Position numbers and translations under genes: made by a program. From Candidatus Marinacidobacterales bacterium (GTDB lineage Bacteria > Acidobacteriota > Vicinamibacteria > Marinacidobacterales > SMYC01), in contig OZ250169.1 in assembly GCA_965237955.1 (NCBI GenBank), positions 4,448,001 through 4,512,000 of the forward strand: a DNA stretch of 64,000 nucleotides, in the 5' to 3' direction. The notes beneath the pieces were generated by a model, which saw nothing but the letters and a program-made list of their open reading frames with translations, made no database searches and was not told the DNA's origin. How positions within the stretch are numbered: position 1 is the first letter of the stretch; each line of letters begins with the position of its first letter. This document shows positions 18,118 through 27,702 of this stretch, one piece after another.

Positions 18118-18965
18118 ATGGACGTCCGTACTGACCACAACTCGGGGAAGAATTTCAGATTGAGCGCCTTTTGCAGATAGCTCACGCCCGACGATCCGCC
18201 GGTACCGCGCTTTCCGCCGATGATCCGCTCCACGGTCTTCATGTGCGCAAAGCGCCACTGCTGGAACTTGTGCTCGAGGTCGACGAACTTCTCGGCGAGC
18301 TCGTAGAGGTCCCAATGGGTGTCGACGTCCCGATAGACTTTCAGCCACGCCGCCTCGACCTCGGGATGGGGTTCGTAGGGGTCGGACCAGGCGCGCTCGA
18401 CGTGGGTCGACGGAATCTCGAAGCCGCGACGCGCGAGCATCCGTAGCGTCTCGTCGTACACGCTCGGTTTCTCGAGCGTCTCCTTCAACTGCTGGTAAAT
18501 CGCCGGGACCCCACGGTGTACTTCGATGAGCTCGCGGTTCTTGTTGCCCAACGTGAACTCGAGGGTGCGGTATTGATACGACTGAAAGCCCGAGCTTTGT
18601 TGAAGCTCGTCGCGGAACGAGGCGTAGTCGAGCGGGGTCATGGTCGAGAGCACGTCCCACGAAAGGATGAGCTGACCTTGAATACGAGCTACTCTCGACA
18701 ACATCTTGAAAGCTGGGCCGAGCTCGTCGGATTGAATCTGGCGGAGCACGCCGGTGAGCTCGTGCAGCGAGAGCTTCATCCACAGCTCGGTGACCTGATG
18801 GATGACGATGAAGAGCATCTCGTCGTGATGCTTCGAGACGGGTTTTTGCGCGTCGAGGATACGATCGAGCGCCAGGTAGCTCCCGTAGGTCATCCCCCCT
18901 TCGGGATCCCAATAGATACCCTCGCCCGAAAGATCCACGGCACCGGATTTCGTTTCGTCTTTCAA
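18114..18965 (-). CDS. kynA: Tryptophan 2,3-dioxygenase
   Basis: HDEMLFIVIHQVTELWMK, SGFQSYQYR, ERIIGGKRGTGGSSG. Confidence 0.95.
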   Translation of the reverse strand: MKDETKSGAVDLSGEGIYWDPEGGMTYGSYLALDRILDAQKPVSKHHDEMLFIVIHQVTELWMKLSLHELTGVLRQIQSDELGPAFKMLSRVARIQGQLILSWDVLSTMTPLDYASFRDELQQSSGFQSYQYRTLEFTLGNKNRELIEVHRGVPAIYQQLKETLEKPSVYDETLRMLARRGFEIPSTHVERAWSDPYEPHPEVEAAWLKVYRDVDTHWDLYELAEKFVDLEHKFQQWRFAHMKTVERIIGGKRGTGGSSGVSYLQKALNLKFFPELWSVRTSI

Positions 18966-18986
18966 AGAGACTCCTCGTTCACGTTT

Positions 18987-20354
18987 CTATACATTCTCGC
19001 GACTCAACCCGAATTTCTGCATGCGATAAATCAACGTGTTGCGGGTTAGCCCGAGAAACTTCGCCGCGCGTGTTTGGTTCCAGTCGTTCCTTTCGAGAGC
19101 CTCTTTGATGAGGCCTTCTTCGAGTTTTTGGAGATCGAGCCCTTCGGCCGGGATCTGGAGCAGCACCTCTCCGACCGTGGAAGCGTCGCTCGTAAAGTTC
19201 TCGGGCAGATCCCCGGGAGACACCGTCCCCGCGGGGTGCAACGCCGCGAGACGTTCCATCAAGTTCTCGAGCTCGCGAATGTTCCCCGGCCACGGATAGC
19301 GCTCCAGGATCCGGAATACGGACCGCTCGAGCTTGAGCTCCTTGCCGAATTTTCGCGCGTACTTGTCGAGAAAATGATCTGCGAGAAGCGGTACGTCCGC
19401 TCTTCGCTCTCGAAGCGGCGGAAGCTCGATGGGGATGACCGACAGGCGATAGTAGAGATCCTCGCGAAAGCCCCCACTTTTTACGAGCGATCCGAGATCA
19501 CGGTTGGTCGCGGCGAGGATGCGCGCGTCGACTTTGGTTGGTTTTCCCGCACCTAGCTTTTCGATTTCCTTCTCCTGGAGCAGACGCAGGAGTTTCACCT
19601 GAAGAGCCGGCTCCAGGTCGCCGACTTCGTCGAGAAAAAGCGTGCCCCCGCTCGCGGCCTCGACCTTCCCTCGTTGATCGAGAACCGCGCCGGTAAACGC
19701 ACCTCGCCGGTGGCCGAAGAGCTCGGACTCAAGGAGGGCGGCCGGGATGGCACCGCAGTTGACCGCAATGAACGGACCTTTCTTTCGTGGCCCGTTCACG
19801 TGGATCGCTTTCGCCAAAAGCTCCTTGCCCGTGCCGCTCTCGCCGAGCAACAGGATCGTCGAGTCGACCTGCGCTGCCTGGGCAGCGACTTCGAGCACGG
19901 ACTGCATTTTCGGCGCGCTACCGATCATGTTGCCGAAGTCGAGACGATCGGACACGACTTGGCGCAGGCGGTGGTTCTCACGCACGAGCTCCTTGAATTC
20001 GAGCGCGCGAGAGAGAACGAGCTTGAGCTCTTCACGGTTGATGGGTTTGGCGATGTAGTCGAAAGCACCTTCGCGCATCGCGTCCACCGCATCGTCCACC
20101 GCCGCATGCGCGGTCACGACAATGACTGGGACTTCGGGAGCGATGGCGCCGAGCTGGCGCAACAACTCGAGACCGCCGAGCTCCGGCATGAGCACGTCGG
20201 TGATGACCGCGGCGCAATCGTCCTCGTCGAACTTCTCTCGCGCTTCCCGTCCATTCACCGCAAGCGTGGTCTCGTAGCCGGCTTCCTTCAGCGTGTAGTC
20301 GACTACACGCCGAAAGCTCGGATCGTCGTCGACAATCAGAATGTGCTCTTTCAT
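18987..20354 (-). CDS. Sigma-54-dependent response regulator (NtrC family)
   Basis: REC domain, GESGTGKE, GAFTGA, WPGNIREL, Fis-type HTH. Confidence 0.95.
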   Translation of the reverse strand: MKEHILIVDDDPSFRRVVDYTLKEAGYETTLAVNGREAREKFDEDDCAAVITDVLMPELGGLELLRQLGAIAPEVPVIVVTAHAAVDDAVDAMREGAFDYIAKPINREELKLVLSRALEFKELVRENHRLRQVVSDRLDFGNMIGSAPKMQSVLEVAAQAAQVDSTILLLGESGTGKELLAKAIHVNGPRKKGPFIAVNCGAIPAALLESELFGHRRGAFTGAVLDQRGKVEAASGGTLFLDEVGDLEPALQVKLLRLLQEKEIEKLGAGKPTKVDARILAATNRDLGSLVKSGGFREDLYYRLSVIPIELPPLRERRADVPLLADHFLDKYARKFGKELKLERSVFRILERYPWPGNIRELENLMERLAALHPAGTVSPGDLPENFTSDASTVGEVLLQIPAEGLDLQKLEEGLIKEALERNDWNQTRAAKFLGLTRNTLIYRMQKFGLSRENV

Positions 20355-21373
20355 ACCGGGAGACTCACAATAAACGTAGTGCCGCGTGGGCTCGCATCTT
20401 CGATCTGGATCTCACCGTTGTGACCTTGAATGAGCTTGTGCGCGATGGCGAGGCCGAGCCCGGTGCCATCGTCCTTCGTCGTGAAGAACGGATCGAAAAC
20501 GTGGCGCCGCGCGTCTTGCGGCAAACCTCGCCCCTCGTCGGTGACGCGAACTTCGAGCTTGCGGTCTTGTCTCGCAACACCGATCTCGAGACGGCCACCA
20601 TCCGGCATAGCCTGGATGCCATTCAACACGATGTTGAGAAACGCCTGTTGGAGCTGCCCAGCGTCGGCGGAAATCTCTGGCAATCCGCTCTCCGCGTCTA
20701 CGTCGATCACGACGCCTGCGCGGCCAGCCTGCTGCGAGCACAGCGACTGGATGGAGCTGACGACGTCTTCCACGCTGCACAGCTGGCGATCGGGCGTCGG
20801 CGTTCGTGCGAACTGAAGGAACTGGTTGAGAACGCCGTTCAGCCGGTCGAGCTCCTTTTGGAAGATGTCTAGAAACTCGCGCTTTTCGTGTCCTATTGGA
20901 AAATCTTCGTTGAGAATATCGAGAGAGCCTTTCATCGAATCCAATGGGTTTTTGATCTCGTGCGCGAGTCCGGCAGAGAGCTCCCCAAATGCGGAAAGAC
21001 GTTCGGCGCGTCTCAATTGCTCGAAGCTCTCCCCCAACTCCCGGCGCCGGCGCTTCTCGAGCTCGGAGAGTGTGCCCACCACGAGCGCCACGACTTGGAA
21101 CATCAGGAGCTCGGCGTACTGGGCTTGCCGGTACATCGGACGATCCTGCCAATCGGTGACGATGTGGGGCAGGTAGCTCGCGGCCGACAAAAGTGCCACC
21201 ACGAGAGCGCCGCGTACCCCGAACCAGTAGGCGGCGGCGAGGATCGGCAGGTAGTAGAGCCGCTGATAGAGGTTATGGAGGAAGCCCGATTCGATGGCGG
21301 TGACGTAATGCGCCGCGGTAATGCTCACGATCGCAACCGCGAGAATCAGGAGCTGCGTTGTCTGCCGTCTCAC
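20351..21373 (-). CDS. Membrane sensor histidine kinase
   Basis: TM N-terminus; AHEIKNPL, NIVLNG, DEGRG, GTGLGL. Confidence 0.92.
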   Translation of the reverse strand: MRRQTTQLLILAVAIVSITAAHYVTAIESGFLHNLYQRLYYLPILAAAYWFGVRGALVVALLSAASYLPHIVTDWQDRPMYRQAQYAELLMFQVVALVVGTLSELEKRRRRELGESFEQLRRAERLSAFGELSAGLAHEIKNPLDSMKGSLDILNEDFPIGHEKREFLDIFQKELDRLNGVLNQFLQFARTPTPDRQLCSVEDVVSSIQSLCSQQAGRAGVVIDVDAESGLPEISADAGQLQQAFLNIVLNGIQAMPDGGRLEIGVARQDRKLEVRVTDEGRGLPQDARRHVFDPFFTTKDDGTGLGLAIAHKLIQGHNGEIQIEDASPRGTTFIVSLPV

Positions 21374-21443
21374 TGCCCCCCAGCATATCCAAGTGCTCGA
21401 AATGCATCAAGGTGCTTGAAATCCAACATTCATGAACGGGGCC

Positions 21444-22247
21444 TCAAGCGCCGCGCTTGACCTTCGCTTTGCTGAGGCGGTGGAGACGAGCCGAAAGGAG
21501 CGCGCTCGGGGTGTGCTCGGCCACGAGCTCGAGGAGCTGATGGTCGACAGGAGTGAAACCGTTTTTGTGCGGCAGCAACCGATAGACGGCGATCACGCCC
21601 ACGGATGTTTCTTCTGCCTTCAAGGGTATGACGGCGAGCGGGACACCCTTCGGTTGCGGCTCGTGTGAAGACTCGCAATAGAACGGCTTGCCGCTCGAAG
21701 CGACCCGGCCGAGAATGCCCTCCGTCAACGCCACGGTGTCGGAAACATCTTTGGCACCGCGCCCGGAGACTCGCTTGAGAACCTTCGTCTTCTGCTCCAG
21801 AAACAGAATCGCGAACTCCTCGGCGCCCACGAGCTCGACGAGAATCTCGGTCACGATGTTCATGATCTCGGTCGCATCGAGAGACGCGTGGAGGCGATGC
21901 TTGGCAACGTAGAGGTTCGAGATAGCTTCGTTTTGCTCTTGCAGCTCTGTGCACGCCTGTGACAGGGCTTGATTCTCTTCTTCGACCTGCCGCAAGCGAT
22001 TCTCGAGCTCGATAACCTGAGCCAAAACATCTCGGTCGATTGGAGGAGGCCCGTCCGGTGCCGCCGAGGAGCCCGCGCTTTGGGTCTCGAGACTTCGGAG
22101 TCTCGACTCGATGTCGCCGAGGCCCTCGACGTTTTTCTCCAATTGGACGATACGGCCCAAAAGGTGGCGTATGTGGTCGGCGACCGACTTCTTCCCCTGG
22201 CTCATGTCTGGTGGGCTGTTTGTATTATTGTGGGAACAATCTCCCAC
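21444..22247 (-). CDS. Coiled-coil + GAF domain protein
   Basis: Heptad-rich N-half, NLYVAKHRLHASLD, GAF-like PLAVIPLKAE...GVIAVY. Confidence 0.7.
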   Translation of the reverse strand: MGDCSHNNTNSPPDMSQGKKSVADHIRHLLGRIVQLEKNVEGLGDIESRLRSLETQSAGSSAAPDGPPPIDRDVLAQVIELENRLRQVEEENQALSQACTELQEQNEAISNLYVAKHRLHASLDATEIMNIVTEILVELVGAEEFAILFLEQKTKVLKRVSGRGAKDVSDTVALTEGILGRVASSGKPFYCESSHEPQPKGVPLAVIPLKAEETSVGVIAVYRLLPHKNGFTPVDHQLLELVAEHTPSALLSARLHRLSKAKVKRGA

Positions 22248-22271
22248 AACGTCAATTGGCGAAAATACAGC

Positions 22272-22925
22272 TCAGCGGGACGCGCCGGCTTTTCGCAGAA
22301 GCGACGCGATTTCGGTGTGGCCTCGCTCTTCGGCCGCTCGCAGCGCGGTCCAACCGTTCGCAGCGCGGGCTTCTACATCGGCGCCGGCAGCGAGAAGCGC
22401 CTGCACGATCTCGGTGCTCCCGTAGCGCGACGCCTCCAACAACGGGAAGTTCTCGGTCTTGGAGCTCAGGTTGGAATCGGCACCGGCAGCGAGCAGAATC
22501 TTGATGGTGTCGACACGCCCCTTCGCCGCCATGAGTAAGAGGCTCGTGCGACCTCGTGTGTCGCGCGCATCGACGGAGGCGCCGCGATCGATGAGAAGGC
22601 GAACCGTCCCGTCATGGTCAGCTTCAGCGGCAACCATGAGAGGCGTCGAGCCGTCGGTTCGCCGTCCATTGACTTTCGCGCCGGCGCCGAGAAGCTCACG
22701 GATGCGCGCGTCGTTGCCGGCCGCGGCAGCGTCCAAAAGCGTCAGCTCGAGATCGGTCGTGTCCGACGGCGCAAGGCTGACCTCACCACCGCCACCGAGG
22801 CCTACGTCGTCTGCGACCGATTCGACGGTGTCCTGCACTTCGTCCACCGCATCCTCCATCTGGTCCGGGAAGAACAGGAACAGTGCGAGGAGCACGACCG
22901 CCAGAACAATAATCACTTTCAGCAC
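22272..22925 (-). CDS. Membrane-anchored ankyrin repeat protein
   Basis: N-terminal TM; repeats GSTPLMVAA, GRTSLLLMA, NFPLLEAS, GWTALRAA. Confidence 0.85.
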   Translation of the reverse strand: MLKVIIVLAVVLLALFLFFPDQMEDAVDEVQDTVESVADDVGLGGGGEVSLAPSDTTDLELTLLDAAAAGNDARIRELLGAGAKVNGRRTDGSTPLMVAAEADHDGTVRLLIDRGASVDARDTRGRTSLLLMAAKGRVDTIKILLAAGADSNLSSKTENFPLLEASRYGSTEIVQALLAAGADVEARAANGWTALRAAEERGHTEIASLLRKAGASR

Positions 22926-23014
22926 GGGGGATACCCCATTATGCCGCAGCCGAGCGGTGTCAGCGAGCCAACAAGTCGTGGCACTCACCGATGAATCGTC
23001 GATACGGTAGACGT

Positions 23015-23270
23015 TGAATCTCGACGACCTCCTCGTCCCAGATGTGATCGTCGCGCTTTTCCATCGTGTTCCACGGACCGCGGTCCGAGGCATCGTAGCG
23101 AAGGTAAAGCCCGGCAGGTGTCCAAAGCGCTCGGAAGCTCGTACGATACGCCGCCGGACCCCAGGTGATGCGGTCCGCCTCGTGCCAGGTGTCGTCGTCA
23201 CCGCCAAGCAATGATGCGGCAGACGCGACAGTGGGACGAACGAAGTAAGAGGCCCTCAGCCATGGGTGGA
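23015..23270 (-). pseudogene. Fragment of a CBM9-like (carbohydrate-binding family 9) protein
   Basis: FRALWTPAGLYLRYDASD...RDDHIWDEEVVEI, then an abrupt break. Confidence 0.55.
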
Positions 23271-23271
23271 C

Positions 23272-24213
23272 CGTGACACACCATGGCCCCCGAGAACAGG
23301 TTCAACGAATAGACGACGAGCTGAGCGATAAAGCCCGGCTCGTCGTTTTGGCTCAGCCAATGCATCACTCCGAGAAGTGTCACGAGATAGACGCCGGCCC
23401 AAAGCGGTCGCACGTACCAGCGGTCGTGCTCGAACGCGATGATGAACGACAACAGATAGAGACTGAGCGGCACTACCCACAGAAACGGCACCGCGGCGAC
23501 GTTTTGCGTAAGCTGGTTCGTCGTCGCCATGAGCAGCACCGCGCCGGTCGCGGAGAGACCGAGCCAGAGCGCGCGCACGGAAAGGTCTCCCGGCAACGAG
23601 TCAATGCGCGTCGGCTGCGCCCGCACGCGATACGCGTACCAAACGCACACCATCGTGGAGGCGGCGAACACCGAGTAACCATAGGTCCACATGCTCACCT
23701 GAAACGCGAGCGTCGTCCTGGGCTCCAACAGAAACGGATAACACCAGAGACCCAGGAGCGAGCCGAGGTTCGAAAGTGCGAACAGACGGTAGATGCTCGC
23801 GCGACGATCGGGTGCAATCGTAGGCGCGAGCCAACGCTGCAGCAACGGACTCGTCGCCGATAACGTCAGAAGAGGCAACCCGAGGTTCAAACTCAGAAGA
23901 CCCAATATTGTAAACGTCGGATCCGGGTTGCTCGCGGACGGGCCTCAGCAGGTCCCAACGGCAGAAAAAAGAGCGCACCTAAGACCAACGCACCGTGGAC
24001 GATCGCCTGCCGCCGGCCGTCGAGATACTTCCCCGCGAGGTGAGCGTAGCTATAGCCCAACAGAAGAGTCGCCTGGAAGAACAGGAGTGCAACCACCCAC
24101 ACCGCGGGGGTTCCGCCGAACCAGGGGAGTAGACGCCGCGCGGTGAGCGGCTGGACGACGAAAAGGAGGAACGCTCCCAAAAATATCGTCGTCGCGGTCG
24201 CGGGCAGGATCAT
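23272..24213 (-). pseudogene. Membrane spermidine-synthase-like protein, frameshifted and 3'-truncated
   Basis: FLLFVVQPL..LLPWFGG, LSATSPLLQRW, PFLWVVPLSLYLLSF; ends at MVCHG with no methyltransferase domain. Confidence 0.75.
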
Positions 24214-24235
24214 GGTCTTCTATAATGAAAGTGCT

Positions 24236-24799
24236 ATGAGCAAAAAACGCAACGAGAAGAACGCGGATTCGCCACAGATGCAACCGGAAACGACTCCCGG
24301 GGGCGGGGGCGGTGCACGCTGGATCGCCGTAGGTCTCCTGATGCTCGGAACTGGAGTGTTCCTGTACGCCCTCAACTCCGAAGGTCCGCCCACGCCGGCC
24401 GCGAGCCACGACCATGGCTCTCGGCCCGCGACTCCTCCCAAGGCCGCCGGTCAGACCGGCCAGCACCGCTACTTCGAAAACCCCGAAGACGCGCACCCGC
24501 TACCCGTCACGTTACCCCCGAGCGAGTTCCAAAACGCCGGGATCGCCAATACGTACGCTATCGCCAAAGAGATTCCCGAAGTTCTCGCACAGCAACCATG
24601 CCTGTGCGGCTGTGACAACACGTCGGACGATCACCGCAGCCTTCTGGATTGCTACATCGACGAGCACGCTTCCACCTGCATGGTGTGCCTGAAAGAGGCG
24701 GTCTACGCGAAACAGAAGACGGAAGCGGGAGAATCAGGCGCGTGGATCCGCGATGCGATCATCCGTGGCGAGTTCTCGAACGTGAACATTGGAAACTAA
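24236..24799 (+). CDS. PCYCGC-motif family membrane-anchored protein
   Basis: QPCLCGC...HRSLLDCY...HASTCMVC; single TM. Confidence 0.75.
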   Translation: MSKKRNEKNADSPQMQPETTPGGGGGARWIAVGLLMLGTGVFLYALNSEGPPTPAASHDHGSRPATPPKAAGQTGQHRYFENPEDAHPLPVTLPPSEFQNAGIANTYAIAKEIPEVLAQQPCLCGCDNTSDDHRSLLDCYIDEHASTCMVCLKEAVYAKQKTEAGESGAWIRDAIIRGEFSNVNIGN

Positions 24800-24809
24800 C
24801 GACCGCTCG

Positions 24810-25199
24810 CTACAGATTTCCTGAGCAGCGATTCTCATCGAGAACCCTCATCAGCCAGTCGAGTTCCATGCCCATGTGGGTGAGGAGCGCACCGACCTTC
24901 CCGTAATCTTTGGAGCGCGCGGCGTCGCCTAATTGCTCGGCGAGGCCCACCATCCCTTCCGCCCCGATGCCGTGAGCCGCATCGCAGAGCTCTCGGGCGA
25001 GCTCCTCGAGCCGGGCTGAGCGTTTCTTGCTCGCGGCGTTCGCCATCGCCTTCATCATCGCGGGAATTTTCATCTGAAAGTCTTCGAGCAGGTCCTCGAG
25101 CCGATCGACATCGCCACCGAGTCGGTCGAGCGCGCCGGTTCGATCGAAAACTTCCACGATTACCAGAGAGGATTCGGGCGATAGAGAGGGCTCGCCCAC
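24810..25199 (-). CDS. Hpt-like domain protein lacking the canonical His
   Basis: FDRTGALDRLGGD...LARELCDAAHGIGA aligns by eye to the Hpt LAHxLKGxAxxIGA pattern. Confidence 0.65.
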   Translation of the reverse strand: MGEPSLSPESSLVIVEVFDRTGALDRLGGDVDRLEDLLEDFQMKIPAMMKAMANAASKKRSARLEELARELCDAAHGIGAEGMVGLAEQLGDAARSKDYGKVGALLTHMGMELDWLMRVLDENRCSGNL

Positions 25200-25486
25200 G
25201 GGCTCGAGGCACCGTCCTCTTGTTCGTCGAGTCCTTGCGTTTCCTCGAGGTAGTCGAGAACGAACTCACGGATATCCGGCTCGAGCTGGTTGAGACCTTG
25301 CGTCTCTTCCATCCACGTGAGCGTCGTATCCCACGTCTTGCGGCTCATGTGCGATGCGACGATGATCTCCGCGGTGTGACAACTGGTGCACACCACCCAA
25401 ACCGTTTCTCGTCCCTCACCTGGTTCGAGTCCCGAGCTCTCCACTTGAGCGACCAACGCCATCAACACGAGCGCGAGCTGCGGCAT
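25160..25486 (-). CDS. Small c-type cytochrome (SorB-like partner)
   Basis: CTSCH heme motif, signal peptide, start overlaps the stop of the molybdoenzyme gene. Confidence 0.8.
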   Translation of the reverse strand: MPQLALVLMALVAQVESSGLEPGEGRETVWVVCTSCHTAEIIVASHMSRKTWDTTLTWMEETQGLNQLEPDIREFVLDYLEETQGLDEQEDGASSPWASPLYRPNPLW

Positions 25487-26679
25487 CAGGACACCTTCAC
25501 CGAGATGCGCTGCATGGCGTTGTTGAGATAACCACGAGGGTTCCAGCCGGGAATGATCATGGGCTGTTGGCGCCCGGCATGATCGGTGGCCCGCGCCCAC
25601 ACCTCGTAGTGCCCCGGTGTCGGAAAGCGGACGGACGCCGTCCAGTGTTGCCACGCGAACGGATTGCGCGCCGCTCGCATCGTGGCTTCGACCCACGTCG
25701 CACCGAAGTCCCAGCTAACGTGCATCGCGGCGACTGGCCCATCGCCACACCATGCGTGCCCGCGCAACGAGAGTGGTTGTGCGTGCCGGTGCGCGTGCCC
25801 GGTCGCAGGACGGGTGATGATCGACTTGACCGGCATCGCTTCGATGATTTTCATGTCGGCTTCGGGCACGTCGGCGCCAGGCTCGACCGGATATCGCGGG
25901 ATACGGTACGAGTAGCCCCCCATCTTGGGCCCATCGTGCACTTGGTCGCGGACCCAAAGACGCGTGAGCCACTTGCCGCACACCGACGCGGGAAAACCAG
26001 GAGCCACTAAACGCAACGGAAAACCGTGTTGCGCCGGGAGCGGCTCGCCGTTCATCTCCCACGCGAGGAGCGTCCAATCATTGAGCGCCTTCTCGATAGG
26101 AACGCCCCGCGAGATCGGAACCTCGTCGGTGTTGCCGCTCAAATGTGGATCTTCGCCGTAGTACGCGACGTACACCGAACTAGCTTCGAGACCAGCATCC
26201 TCGAGGACGTCCCTTAGGCGAACCCCAGTGTACTCCGCGCATCCGACCGCACCGAGCTTCCATTGATTACCCCGCGCGGGAGGGCTGAAGCCGGCGCGAC
26301 CGTTGCCGCCGCATTCCATGGCGAGCTGCGCGGTTTTGTTCGGGTAGCGCCTCAAGTCTTCGAGGTTGAGCTTCAAGGGTTTCCGCACGTTGCCGTCGAC
26401 CGTCAGTCTCCAACCGGTCAGGTCCTGATTCTTTGCTCGCTCGGGAACGAGCCCGTTGTTGCGAATGAAGTGGGCCGCGTTCGACGTCACGTCGTCGTCG
26501 AGGAGCGTAAGCGGTGTTTCCGCGTTGAGGGGACGATCGCTGAGAACGACGAGGCCCTCCTTGCCTTCGATGACGACGTGCTCCTTGGTTTGAGCGAACG
26601 GCGCCTTTTCGGCGAGGAGCCAGGCGGCGGACAAAGAGCCCACCGTCCGGAGAAAGCGACGTCGCGGATGATGCGCCAT
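25486..26679 (-). CDS. Sulfite oxidase family molybdoenzyme (SorA-like sulfite dehydrogenase)
   Basis: Tat motif RRRFL, FIRNNG, MECGGNGR (Mo-ligating Cys), HGFPLRL. Confidence 0.9.
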   Translation of the reverse strand: MAHHPRRRFLRTVGSLSAAWLLAEKAPFAQTKEHVVIEGKEGLVVLSDRPLNAETPLTLLDDDVTSNAAHFIRNNGLVPERAKNQDLTGWRLTVDGNVRKPLKLNLEDLRRYPNKTAQLAMECGGNGRAGFSPPARGNQWKLGAVGCAEYTGVRLRDVLEDAGLEASSVYVAYYGEDPHLSGNTDEVPISRGVPIEKALNDWTLLAWEMNGEPLPAQHGFPLRLVAPGFPASVCGKWLTRLWVRDQVHDGPKMGGYSYRIPRYPVEPGADVPEADMKIIEAMPVKSIITRPATGHAHRHAQPLSLRGHAWCGDGPVAAMHVSWDFGATWVEATMRAARNPFAWQHWTASVRFPTPGHYEVWARATDHAGRQQPMIIPGWNPRGYLNNAMQRISVKVS

Positions 26680-26692
26680 GAGAATCCTCAGA

Positions 26693-27319
26693 TTATATCA
26701 ACTCGAGCCACTCCGAAACGGCGACTCCGAGGGCGCCGGTTTTGTCGGTGAAGAAGTGATCGCTCCCGGGGACCACGACGAGTGTTTTGGGCTCGGGGAG
26801 AGTCGCCACGAATCGGGTCATGGCTTCACCGTCGCCGAACTCGTCGAGCTCCCCTTGAACGAAAAGACGCGGCTTCGTCGATGACGTCACGAGCTCGGTG
26901 CTCTTCATGACGTTCACCGGAAGGCCTAGCGCCACGAGTGCTCCGACGCGCGCATCGTCGACACCGACTCTGAGCGCCATGACCGAGCCGAACGAGTACC
27001 CGCCACAGACGATCGGAAGCCCGGTAAAATCACGCTCGAGCGTGTCGAGCGCTGCGCGCACGTCATCCTGCTCTCCGCGCCCGTCATCGTGCACGCCTTC
27101 GCTCCGCCCCACCCCGCGAAAGTTGAAGCGCAACACGGCGTAGCCCTTCTCCTGAAAAACCTTGGCGACGCGGAACAGAACCTTGTAGTGCATCATCCCA
27201 CCATGAAGCGGATGCGCATGACAGAGCACCGCCGCCGCCACCGGTGGAGTCGCTGGCGTCATCAGCACCGCCTCGAGGCGGCCAACCGGCCCATCGATAT
27301 CGAGCGCCTTGGTGAACAT
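26693..27319 (-). CDS. Alpha/beta hydrolase
   Basis: HAHPLHGG, FNFRGVGRSEG, GYSFG nucleophile elbow, DHFF. Confidence 0.9.
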   Translation of the reverse strand: MFTKALDIDGPVGRLEAVLMTPATPPVAAAVLCHAHPLHGGMMHYKVLFRVAKVFQEKGYAVLRFNFRGVGRSEGVHDDGRGEQDDVRAALDTLERDFTGLPIVCGGYSFGSVMALRVGVDDARVGALVALGLPVNVMKSTELVTSSTKPRLFVQGELDEFGDGEAMTRFVATLPEPKTLVVVPGSDHFFTDKTGALGVAVSEWLELI

Positions 27320-27702
27320 GCGAGCTACTCTATAAGATAGGCGCAATAGATAGGTCACCGGTGCCGCGATTCCTGTTGAGCCTGTTAAGCCTATCCGCTA
27401 CGTTTTCGGCGACATCATCGTTGCGTTCGACGCCGAGACCGTTACCCGCGTCATCGCCGAGCTCGAGAGCGTCTTCGAAAGGTTCTTGCTGATCTTCCGA
27501 GTCTTTCACTGGGCGTAGGCGCCAGCGACGCCCGCAAGGCCAATGACAATTGCCACTCCACGTTCGAACAAATATGGCTGGTGCTGTTCAATGCCGACGG
27601 GCTCGTCCCAGGAACGCTGTTCGATTCGATCTACTTCGACCACGAGAACGAGTTCGTCGTCCTCAACCCGAAGGACGGCGACTAGCGCGGTAGGATAGGG
27701 CC

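Noticed and set aside
22926-23207. N-terminal extension of the ankyrin ORF
   Set aside because: Off-frame reading of the CBM9-like fragment; a better start precedes the TM helix at 22925
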